DNA of 64,000 nucleotides from Nitrospirales bacterium (GTDB lineage Bacteria; Nitrospirota; Nitrospiria; Nitrospirales; UBA8639): NCBI GenBank assembly GCA_965203295.1, contig CBDBCZ010000018.1, positions 768,001 to 832,000 of the forward strand, read 5' to 3'. Shown piece by piece: positions 39,547 to 51,025 of this stretch (position 1 is its first letter; each line of letters starts with the position of its first letter). The notes under the pieces were generated by a model. It saw only the letters and a program-made list of their open reading frames with translations, ran no database searches and was not told where the DNA came from. The position numbers and the translations under genes were made by a program.

Positions 39547-41177
39547 CTTCTTTAACAGTTTTCTGAATCACTTTGAAATATTGCTTGTACGGGTGTGTGC
39601 ACTAAACTCCGGTATGTGCAGTGCATATAAGGTTTATTTGATTACGCTTCAATTATTTATAAGTGCTAATGCATGGGTGTTTTCCAGCACACCCATAATT
39701 CTGGCATAAACTTTGCACTGAACCTATTATGACAATCAAACTAAGTACTAGTTGCTATTGGCATGGCCATGTCAACTTGATTGGACTGTCTGGCTGAGAC
39801 AATGGTGAATATGTCGGATTAGTATGATGTCATGAAACCTGCCAAATAAACATACTTCTTTCTATTAAAAAAATGCTTGGAAAGCCGCTTGGTTAGACAC
39901 AACCAAATAGGTTTCATAGTTTGTAGCTACACAGACACTCTATGCCATGGTAAGAATTTTTTGCTACACAACAATTTTCATGGACTAATGGTATAATTAT
40001 TAGTAAGTTCTTGTTACCACTAAAGAACTTGCTGAACAATGTTTCTGAACAAAGACCCAGATGTTATAATCAAGAAATAATGTGGTTCTAAAGCATTCTG
40101 ACACCTTTTTCTTTAAATATCAGATTTCCATGTATGTGTGTGAATGAATGGATGCTTCGATTCAAGTCAATAAAGAGAAATTATCGAAGAAAAAAGCTTC
40201 TTCCGGATGTAATTATGACACAGTGGTTACTCTTGCCCTACAAGTTACACTCCCAATACTTGATTGCAATCTTGCCATTAACCATAAGTTTAGATTGCCA
40301 CTTCCACTCAAAGTGATCACTTGCATGCCAAAATTGTGTTAAGACAATTATGGACTTACGTAGTGTGCATGCACATCATTTACATAGAGTGTAGTGCCGA
40401 TGAGCTTAATATGAGAATCACACCTACTGGTTTTATTATTTTAAAGGTTTGTTTAGATTAATTAACAGGGTTTAATGACTTCTAACATTAAATTTAGCAT
40501 ACTGTGGATGAATCTCCTAGTTAGTCACTTGAGCAGTAACTATTTAACCACTAATCCAGTTCTTTCTTATTTGTTAGTTCTTTGGGATCCCCCTGATAAT
40601 GTGTAGAACAACTTTGTCAGTAAATGCTTGATAGACAAAAATTCAGTGAATTTACCATATTATTGCATAAGCAAAATTAGCTAGGACAGTAAAATACTGT
40701 AATACTTCCTTCCTATCCTGCTAAGGCTTGGTGTGATAGACTATCAGTGCAAAGTGTGAGTGGTCTATTAAAGCATGTTTTAAGTGTGTTTCCTGTAAAC
40801 AACTGCTCATTAAATCAACATGTCTGGCTCATTCAACAAGCTTTTTGCCACAATTTGGGATGGAAATCAGCATTGTCTCAGTTTTACATAAATCGACACA
40901 ATAGTACAATAATTTCACATTACAATCATATTCTTATTTGCAAACACACTCTACATGTTTACTACATATCCAAAAATAAACTGCAATCAGCACAGTAGTA
41001 TAATGGTAGTGTACACTGAATCAGATAAAAGTATAAGTATAGTCATGATACAGAGTTTGTTAACCCAACTGGCAGTTTAGTAGTGATACAGGTAAGATGT
41101 AAGACAACATCTAAACATACACTACTGTCAGCTCTAACTAGTGTATTATATTGTTTGTGAAACTAGTACCATTAAGC

Positions 41178-41513
41178 TTATCCGAGGCCAGGGGTAACAA
41201 AAGTTGCGAGAGCACAGTTAATAACGCAGAACCTCTGCATAACAGTAGGAGGCGTCGGTGGGATGACTCCACATGGAGAGAAGCAGTCAAGAAGAGTTTC
41301 GGCAATTCTTCCCACAAGGCCGAAAGCGGCCATCACTATGCTGCCAGAGATATCCAGAGGGGGTTCAGTGCGGGTACCTGTTGCAGTTGTACGCGTCCCA
41401 GTTTCTGTGGAAGTACCCTGACTTGGTGTACGGGTCCTGGATCCTCGTCTAGCGTAGCAACCAGCAACAAGTAGGCTGGCAACCAACAGGATGAGTACAG
41501 ATCCTCTTGACAT
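41178..41513 (-). CDS. Secreted cationic/hairpin peptide precursor 3 (111 aa)
   Basis: MSRGSVLILLVASLLVAGCYA|RRGSRTR...CFSPC-x14-CVINC; TATA box at 41596-41603. Confidence 0.87.
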   Translation of the reverse strand: MSRGSVLILLVASLLVAGCYARRGSRTRTPSQGTSTETGTRTTATGTRTEPPLDISGSIVMAAFGLVGRIAETLLDCFSPCGVIPPTPPTVMQRFCVINCALATFVTPGLG

Positions 41514-43504
41514 TTTCACTGCTTCTTTAACTGTCTTCCAAATCAGTATACAGCATTGATGTTTGGCTTGTACTGGTGTGTGCAGTTTATACTCCTTTAT
41601 ATACAAATGGCAGTGCACAGGTGTTTCATGTTTTATTGTCGTCGCACCCATAATTTTGGCGATAGAGACTACAGAGTACAATTGCAAGACAAAATACCCT
41701 GCTCTTCTCAGGCTTTTCGTGCAATATCAACCATAACATTATACAGCTATCATAATGTGCCTACAAGGCGCATTGGTTGACTAGCCCACCATCCAAACAA
41801 TGCAGTACATTCTATGTTATGGGCAGGGTCTCTTTATTGATGATAAATGGCACACCCCTGACCTTAGCAGCACAAAAGGTAGTGAATGTACGATATAAAA
41901 CAGTTACCGTTATGGGCAAGATCAAAATTAAATGTGCTATTTCTGTATGGTTAACGACACACCTTTAACATTAGCAACCCAGAATACTGCTTTTGTATAA
42001 ATACATGCCGTTAATCATATATAATTATATGATTAACGGTACACCCGTAACAATGGAGACACAAAAATAATATGCAGTTAATGTACACTCATTATAAAAT
42101 ATTAATCTTTATGGGCTGAGCAAGTTTCGGCACACCCCTGACATTGCATGGCAACACAAAATATGCAGTGAATGTACAAGTGTTAAAAATACAAAAACCT
42201 GCTATTTGCCTGGCCATATCACTTACACTGTTTAAGAGTAATTATTCCAAATATCTGGCCTTGCAGGACCGAATAGTACTATAATACATAATGTTCAAAT
42301 GCAAACCTTTGAAAGCGTTATGCCAACCTATACTTGAACACTATCTTTTGGGCTTGCACGGATCAATCCCTTCCTCTATGTAAAGTTATATCTGAGATGT
42401 GTACAGCATCACTATCGTACAAACAGTGGTATCTCCAATGGGAATAGCAGCCACGGGTCACCTTGCAATGAAGGCCAAAGTCAATTGTAGCTATGCTGAC
42501 TTCAAGGAACCAGTTAGCTAATTGCTATAACTACTGATGTAGTGGCTAGCATTATAGTAAAGTACTTATTTGTAGCAGCTTTCGGTTCAAAAGCTCCAAA
42601 AAGTGCAATGTCCATTACAGTCTACAATCAATGCCATTAAAGTTTTTAAGTATGGACATACCCTTCAATGTATCACATACGTATGCAAACTTCTTCCTAT
42701 CTGCTTCACCATTTTGTACTGTTTTGTTTTTTATTGAACCTTAAGATACACTCAGAATTTCACTACACAGTTAAAATAATGGACCACATCCACTACACTT
42801 AATCACTGGTCATTGGTAGAAGTACAAGGGTAATAATTGTCCTCATGCATGCAGGCCTACAGTAAATTGGTGTCTAGAAAGCATGAGAAAAGTAGCAGCT
42901 ACGTACCTGTAATCTCAGCAGTGCAAATTATTTTTATGGTCTACCAAATTTGTACTTTCAGGGGTAAAATTTCAAACTTAGTCTAGCTACACAGTAAGTG
43001 CGGATGCCCTGGCATATTAGATATTTGGCTGTGCCATAATTACTATAGTTAGATATACCATCGCTGTGTTACTGTTAGAATGAACGAACATGACCAGTGG
43101 CTGTCTCACCTTGTTAACTTTCATGCTTGCAGTTTTCCCTTGTACATACATGTAGTTCACTGCTTATTTTGTACTGCTCTATCAAAATCATTAGCCCCTT
43201 AGAAGAATAATTGATTAAATTTTAATAAAATTTATTTGTTGATGAAGAAATGATCAATACAACAATAGTACATCACTACAAATTTCATTGTTATTTTATC
43301 ACAATTCAGAGCATACATACATGCAGCGTCTATTATCGGAAGGTATAAAGTAAGAAAAGCTGGGCAGAAGAGCCTGGGAACAAGGCTAAAGTAACAATAC
43401 TATACTCTACTTACTGTCACTTAGAGCTATAGTGCATGAATACTGTTTGTATTCAGAGCTCCAGAATACACAGGAACAAACAGTACAGGAATCCTGAATC
43501 AATT

Positions 43505-43789
43505 TCAAGGAATGGTACCATCAGCGATAGCATTAAGAAGACATGTGAAAATACAGAACCGCTGCATAGCATTAGGAGGTGTCATTGCGGGGACTCCGCA
43601 TGGAATGGTAAAACAGCCCTGAATGGTTTCAGCAATCGGCTGCGCAATGCTGAAAAAGGCGTCTTCTATCTCATCAGAGATATCCGGACGGGGTGTTCCA
43701 GATTGCCTGCTTCCTGTGCTTCTTCTAGAATAGCAGCCAGCAATCAGCAGGCTGGCAACCACCAGGAGGAGTAGAGCTCCTTGCTTCAT
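43505..43789 (-). CDS. Secreted cationic/hairpin peptide precursor 4 (94 aa)
   Basis: MKQGALLLLVVASLLIAGCYS|RRSTGSR...PDISDE...CFTIPC-x14-CIFTC; TATA box at 43882-43889. Confidence 0.87.
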   Translation of the reverse strand: MKQGALLLLVVASLLIAGCYSRRSTGSRQSGTPRPDISDEIEDAFFSIAQPIAETIQGCFTIPCGVPAMTPPNAMQRFCIFTCLLNAIADGTIP

Positions 43790-45273
43790 TTCCAGTAGTT
43801 TTTCCCGCCGCCTTTTGATTCAATTTATGACTTTGATATTTGGTTTGTAATGATGCATGTGTGTGTGTGTGTTCTATTCTGTTTATATACAAAAGTCAGT
43901 GCATAGGTGTGCCATATCATTAATAGCACACCCTTTGTGTTGGTAATACCAAATGTACACAGAGACTGTATGACGGGTAAAAATACATTGCAATGGGCAA
44001 GGCCATATTAATTGTTTTGGCAAATAAACTGCCCAGTGCATGTATGACTGGTATAGTCGATGAGGCACCATGGTGGTACATCAATTAAACAAATTATCTT
44101 GATGCCAACATTTTGGTTTTAAAATGTTTTATAGATAACAGGCAATTAATCACAAATTAAGACAAATAATACATTGCACACACCTATACAAACTATCCTA
44201 TTTAATATGCCACCTCCCCAAAGTATATTCAGTACTTCTGCTTATGACAAGTATAGGTTGATTAATTTAGTGCATATGCATACAGTGCTAATAGCTACCA
44301 CAATTAAAACAAGTAATACAATGCACACAACCATGCAAACTATACCCCCTCCCCAAGGTAGGGAGTATATTAGGATAGTATACATGGGTGTGTGCAATTA
44401 GTATTATTTGTTTTAACTCGTGCATGGTTATGTATCAGTTACCAAATACATTTTTTGTAACTGGAAATTTGGCAACACATTTAATTTTTTAATTGATTTA
44501 GTCTCACCCATGATACACATCTGGCTACTGCCTCATTAATTTTACAAGTTTACCAGTTCTTTTTAGTTCCCTGCTTAAAAAAGTGCAGGTAATGTATTAC
44601 TATTTTAGTTATATCGAGTGAACCACACTCCTAATTACAATTTAAAGATTCCTAGTTGCAGAGAAAGGAGATAGTGAGCATAATTATAAAATACTACAAT
44701 CATGCATGTTTGATATAATACGAGTGTGCACGTTAATGTACGCGTGTCGACCTTATTATCACAATTCTGGTATCTGTAGATAGCTAACAAATTGTAGTTT
44801 ACTGTTCTGAGTTGGGCTGAAATGAAACATTCTTCATTTTTAAGTTCTTGGCAAAAATATAGCAAACTTTACATCAGGTGAGCCTTGAATGACAGTGGAA
44901 CCCTACTACTTCTCCATATGAGGCTGAAGCTGCAGTGCCAGTTTCAACTTCAGAGCTCCGGAATACACAGGAACAAAACACTTCAATTGGGGATTCAAAG
45001 CCTATCTAAGAGAGAAAGAGAGAGAGCGGGGACTAGTATACCAAACGCTGTTATACACCTCAATGACCTCATACAGAGGCGGGTGCATTTCGTGTTTTGT
45101 CACGTGCATTGAATTGATTAAGTCACATTCGGAACAGAATACAAATCAAACATAGTACGTAATAATTATTATACTCTTCACATCACATTTCAAGTGCACA
45201 AAAAATAACCAAACAAATCTTTATCGTAGATAAAAATTTTCATGTTGTCATTCTTACAGCAGCCGGCTCCGTC

Positions 45274-45666
45274 TCACTTTCCAGCTGGCAGTGGAGGCGA
45301 GCGAAGACATGGAATAAAGCATGCGACATTTTCAAATGCGAATGTCGTAGTACCGCAAAAGTTCAAACAAAATGAAAAGATTCCCCCCGCGGCGTTAACG
45401 ACCGTTCCTTTGACGGAGAGCCGCGACGGTGCGTCTTCGCCGTCGTCATCCTCGCTGCTAGATCTTGAAGTTCCTGTTCGAGACGCTCCAGTGCGAGTGG
45501 TTCCATATCGACTCGTTCCAGTTCGAGACGTTCCATATCGACTCGTTCCAGTTCGAGACGTTCCATATCGTCGCGGTGTGGAGCGACGTCCTTCCGACGG
45601 CTTTGTTAGCGCTCCTATTATCAGAATGCTGGCGAGAAGCGCGATTAGAAGTAGTTCCTGCCTCAT
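45274..45666 (-). CDS. Secreted cationic/hairpin peptide precursor 5 (130 aa, divergent, GC-rich)
   Basis: Signal peptide, (RYGTSRTGTS)n from 30-bp tandem repeats, acidic EDDDGED, CLNFC-x11-CFIPC. Confidence 0.8.
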   Translation of the reverse strand: MRQELLLIALLASILIIGALTKPSEGRRSTPRRYGTSRTGTSRYGTSRTGTSRYGTTRTGASRTGTSRSSSEDDDGEDAPSRLSVKGTVVNAAGGIFSFCLNFCGTTTFAFENVACFIPCLRSPPLPAGK

Positions 45667-45829
45667 ATTTCACGGTTGCTGCGACTTTGAAGGGCTGTAT
45701 GGTCACTGTGACACTCGATATGCTTTGCGTAAACGGCACTCTTCACTATTAGCTATGCATATTTGCCTGTAGGACACAATTTTTATGACCTGTTGTGTCC
45801 AAGGCGTTGCTTTTGCTATACTAGGCAGA

Positions 45830-47390
45830 TTATACAATCTTTGTTTGATGAATTTGGCACGCACACTGTATTGTAATTAGTAAGCGAGCAAGTAAGTAAA
45901 TAACAAGTTTCGTAGCCAACTGAATTGAATATACGCCCATGCCTTACAATTATTCTAAGTTTGAGTTTACTAATTACAAAAGGTAGAGTGTATATACATG
46001 TAGCTATGTGGCTGCAAAGAGCCCATAGGTCAAATCGAAGTGACAATAATGTGGAGTACATCAAGTAAGGGATATGAAACTCTGCTGGACAAATGTGGCT
46101 AACCGACGGATAAGGATGTGGTCCCGAGACAACATGATAAATGTGAACCTATCCAAAGAATTCAGAAAATAGAAAGCAGAGTTCAGAATAAAACAGCGGT
46201 TAAATAGGTCCTCTCTAGCTCTCCCATCAAACTTGTGGCAGTCGACCAAGAAGTGCATTAGCACACCACAAAGCATGCATGTTCGCTCTTCTAACGGAGT
46301 AGGAGTAGGCAGGGTATATCTCCCAGTTTCAATTCTTAACTGATGAGCGCTCGATCTCAGTTTGGCCAGTGATACTCTAAGATGCGGAGGGAGGTTGAGG
46401 TAGGGCTCATAAGCTATTAAGTTTTTAAAAAGCCTGAATGTTCTCAGGTTTCTTGATGATAATAACTCACTACTCCAAAGCTGCAAATATTGGTCGCAAA
46501 GCCTCTGTGAGTTGGTCAATAAAGTCGTTCTGTAGGATTCCTGTGGGGTTATTCCAGACATAGGGGAACCCCACTTCACTCAGGACCCGTTTGACAGCCA
46601 CAGCCCACTCATCTCATGAGTCAAAGAGAGTCAGCTGATAAGCTCCCTGTAGCAGACTGGGTACGTTCCAGTATGTTGCAAGTCGTAACCAATATTTAAC
46701 CAGCGTAATTTTGTATTTACTCATTAAGGAAACGTGTCCCAGGTCGCCATAAACAACGAGATTGCTAGCGGAAGAAGGCAAAGCTAGGGCAAACTTGCAA
46801 AAATGCCTGTGCAGCAACTCCAGCTCATTTGCATTAGAAAAGGAACAGATCTCGCAGGCATATTCGGTAATAGGTCTCACTAAGGAATCAAACAAGTGCG
46901 ACAGGATATGAGGATTAGGATAGTGTAGGCAAGTCGCTTTCTTGATAAGGGAGTGTAGGGCTTTGTTGGCTTGACCCGCAAGCAGATTTATTGCTGGTTT
47001 CAATGACCCATTTGAAGAAAGTAGGAGCCCCAAATACTTGTATTCCTTTACCACTTCAATTGGAATGCTGTTCAGGGTAATGATCGGCTCATTGTGGGAT
47101 CTGGGGTGAGTGAAGGGGACTACCCTGGTTTTGGTGAGGTTAACTTGAAGATCCCATGTCTTGCAAAATCCAGAAAGGGTATCAACTGCTTTTTGTAGGC
47201 CAGCAACTGAATCAGCTAACAGAACTAGGTCATCAGCAAACATTAGTAGACGAAGGCAGGAATTAATGAGTTACTAGTAATACATCCAGCTTGACTATCG
47301 TCGAGTGTATTTCTAAGTCTGCCACATACAGGCTGTAAAGGAGGGGGCTAAGATTGCAACCCTGGCACACTCCCCGTCCGTTGTTGCATT
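45830..47390 (-). mobile_element. 5'-truncated, frameshifted non-LTR retrotransposon (LINE) fragment
   Basis: RT motifs GVCQGCNLSPLLYSLYVADL (~47375-47315), MFADDLVL and YKYLG; C-terminal LRIETGRY...RTCMLC...HFLVDC zinc-knuckle-like region; broken into several frames. Confidence 0.9.
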
Positions 47391-50300
47391 CACCTCAAAC
47401 AAAACATTTCTTCAAGTGCACATGCATGGGCTATAATTACCTCATGGTGAGCTAATAAAATTGTTAATCATGCTGATGAAAGCCATAAGGCAGCATCACA
47501 TGTATACTATCTCAAATTATAGTCATGATGTTGTATTCTATTGTTTGTATTAAAACATCTTTACAAGCACAGTACGCAAGGCAAAGACAAAAGTAAGCAA
47601 TAATAGGAGAAGCTAGGAAACAAAAATAAAACAGTACAAAACAACAAATTATTTATAAGTGACAGTTTTCAAAACAGAAACCGAATTCCCTCTCTGAACT
47701 GCCACAGACAACCTTTGGAGAAGGTATGTGTACGCCTTCTCTTCTCCAGAGTGAGAGACTGAATACAATTGCAGCAATTAGCTACATAGCATGTACATGA
47801 TGCTGTCTAAGTTGTATTCCTTTATTTAGCTAACATATAAAAAAGTGTAATTGGGGAATTAACCCTTGCCCACCATAAGAAACAGCTTAAAGAAGCAGAA
47901 AAGCCTGTACAAAGTATTAAAGCCTGAAAATAACCCCCCCCCCCCATATAGATTCATATGGGCTTATTGGAGCTCATGACGCAATATTATAATATATGTC
48001 ATTGGTGGGTAAAAGAGTTAAGTAAAACAGGCAGGCTGCCTTGAATGGTGTGCAGAACATGCATGCTTAGCCTAGTCACTACACTGTATTTAGCTATAAT
48101 ATGTCCCACCTTAACCACTCCTTGGCTGAATTAGAGACTGAATACAATTACAGCAATTATACCATGTACATGACGTTGTCTAAGTTTTACAGTCATGTAT
48201 TCTATTGTATTTGTACAATCAACAATTGTGTAAAGTACGTATGACAATGTATAGCTGAAATGTCTCCTACCTAAAGCACGCCTTGCCAAAGCCAACAGTT
48301 CAATAGCCTGTCTTGTTGTCAAACCCTCTCTCTGACTATGGGCTGGAGTGTAAGGCGTGGCCATAACCATACTCAATATACTACTATGTTAGTTACAGTA
48401 CCAACAGAACTGAGCAGCCCAGTTCTATCTGAGCACAAAAATGGAGTGTCAAAAACCGACACCCTAAGTAGCTGTACAGGTTACTACAGATGACTTCTAT
48501 TTAAACTTTTCCATAACCACGACAGTGCATCTTTCTATGACATTGATTTAGATAACACACCAAATTAACACTGAGTCTCATTGATATTCTACGTATATAG
48601 CTAACTTAGGGCATTGGTAGCTTATAGTATCTAGGTTGAGCCAGAGACAAGGCGTAAAATTCATTATAATAGCTGCTTGTTCTCTGAGCCACTTAGCTCT
48701 TCATATGCTTTAAAGATATACTCTGTACGAAGATGACTATATACGGGAAAATGACTACTATACTTTGACATTATGGTAGCTATCTTATCCTAATAAACAA
48801 GCTTGCAAACAAAAGCAGAATTAACCAGATGTTTATATAATAGTCAATGCAGCCTGTGCCAGGGACATTTTTGGACTTGATTGTCAAAAGTATAATTATA
48901 TATAGAATCTTGGAATTCAAACTGTTTGTTGGCATGCTCATCATGCACAAACAACCAACTAGGCTGTGTTGTGTGGCCATTCAAGTTTGCAAACACTGAT
49001 TAAAGCTGAAAGTTTAACAACGATCTCCTACAGCCATTGTTTACCAAACGTCGTATCTAATTTACCAATTTGGGAAGACTGCCATGTCAAATTTAACGCA
49101 GCAGGCAACTGCAGGTGTGTGGATCAGCGTACCACCGTAAACATTCCACACCTAAAAACCATATAGTAAACGCCAATGCTGTGATGTTGCATAAACCGTT
49201 TGTTTTGGGAAGGAGTATATTATAGTCATTATGGAATCGGTCAGCTCTACAGGCGTGCTGTCACATTTAAGGTAATATATACAAAGTGATTACAAATCAA
49301 TTGAGCAAAAAGTGGTAAAGAGATTACAGTGCACTCACTTGTAAGTTATATTTGAAAACAGGGAACTAACATACACCCGCTACTTATCAGAACCCTCAGA
49401 AAGCACTAAGTCTTGCACAAAACCAAAAAACAAGGTAGTAAATTCCCTTACATTATCATATACAGGACTGAGATGGTTAGTCGAGGCTGCTTGAATAGCA
49501 TCGATGAAAGTTATATACTGAGATTCTGTGCTTCCGGCCTCAAGGCCAACTTGTTTCAGCTTCTCCATGGCATCACCCATTTCCACTCTCCAGTACGTTC
49601 ACACATTGCTAATGATAGTGTTATTATGACTACATTATATGCACTTTTTATGACTGCGATTCAAATTATTCATTATTCAAATCCCAAAATCAGTAGTAAT
49701 GTTAGCATAATGTGAGGATAGCATGCACATAGTCTTCTGCTACAACATTAAAGAAAGACGTAGCTACTGTGACCAGCTCACAAATATTTCGCCAAATTTC
49801 CAAAATACCGTCATATTAATTTATCTCAGTGAAACACACTATGTTTCAGCACAAGTTAGCTTTCATCAGTTATTTCAGGTATATGTAGTAATATTACAAA
49901 TAACCATATGTGTATATTCTATACATGCATGCTCGAAACACACAGCTTGGTGGTTAGCTACATGGATTGCAAAATTAATTATTCAGATATGCATGAGTTA
50001 GGATCCAAAATGCTCTCTATTTTGTAATTGAATTAGCTCTGAAGTCTTCTATCTACAACTGAGCATGCCTAAGCTAACACATGTACTTTTAGTAACAACA
50101 GCAAACGTATCTCAGTTAAAATATCCAACTTCTTTTTCTAGTGTAATTAAGAGATCCAAAAAACTGAAGTACAGCTTGACTTGACTTGAATGTGCAGATG
50201 AAGCAATCGCTACCTTTGCTTAGCTTCACCTTTTACTTATATTGACTACGATAGCCATAAGACCATAATTGCTGATTTACTGTGCACTGTGGAGAAAGCT

Positions 50301-51025
50301 ATACAGCATCGTATAGTTTCCATGCAACAGAGCAGCTAGTATAGCAAATGTGTAAGCATGGAAGTATTTGTCCACCTATTGTCCCTTCGTCCAGTATTGT
50401 CAAAACAACCAATTTTTGACAATATTAGGTTTTTTGGACTGAATAAAATACAGGCCTCACCATTACACCATGATGCAGTAGCTATAGGTTAACAGCAACA
50501 GCATAGATAATCATTTCAAGGCAATTTTAGTATATTATTATGTGCATGCGTATAATTTTTGGTTATAGATGTGAGGTACCATGGAGGTGACATATTTAAG
50601 GAATATAAGTATGGAGCAGGTACAGTACTTTTCATAAACCTGCAGCAGCAAACCAGCAACTTCAGTAAACTCATGATTTGATTCAAGTGGTGCCCACTTC
50701 CTTTCAGAAGAGGATGGCTTAACCACTAACCGACAATATTAGTGATGACCACTAATTTCATAAAAGGTGAGGTAATATACATACTTCTAGCAGATAGGCA
50801 TATTCATCTAAGTACCATTGTATAACAATGCCATCGCTTCGGGTAGCTTTTTATTGGTTCATTGTATAGCTAGACCAACACAAGCGTTAAACAATAAAGT
50901 TATTCTGTCTTTTATAAAACACAATCAAATCCAGTATAACAATAGCTTCTCTTTCTGTAAAAATGTTTGTTTGAATAATCACAATGCAATCGGCTTATCG
51001 TACAACAAAAAAAGAAACAAAGGTC

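Noticed and set aside
49380..49586. 68-aa protein-like ORF (MEMGDAMEKLKQ...)
   Set aside because: No recognisable motif, signal peptide or linked exons; cannot be supported.
50640..50726. ERKWAPLESNHEF resembles the UCH-L1/L3 N-terminal WLPLESNPE motif
   Set aside because: No ATG and no convincing downstream catalytic exons found; at most a tiny relic or chance match.
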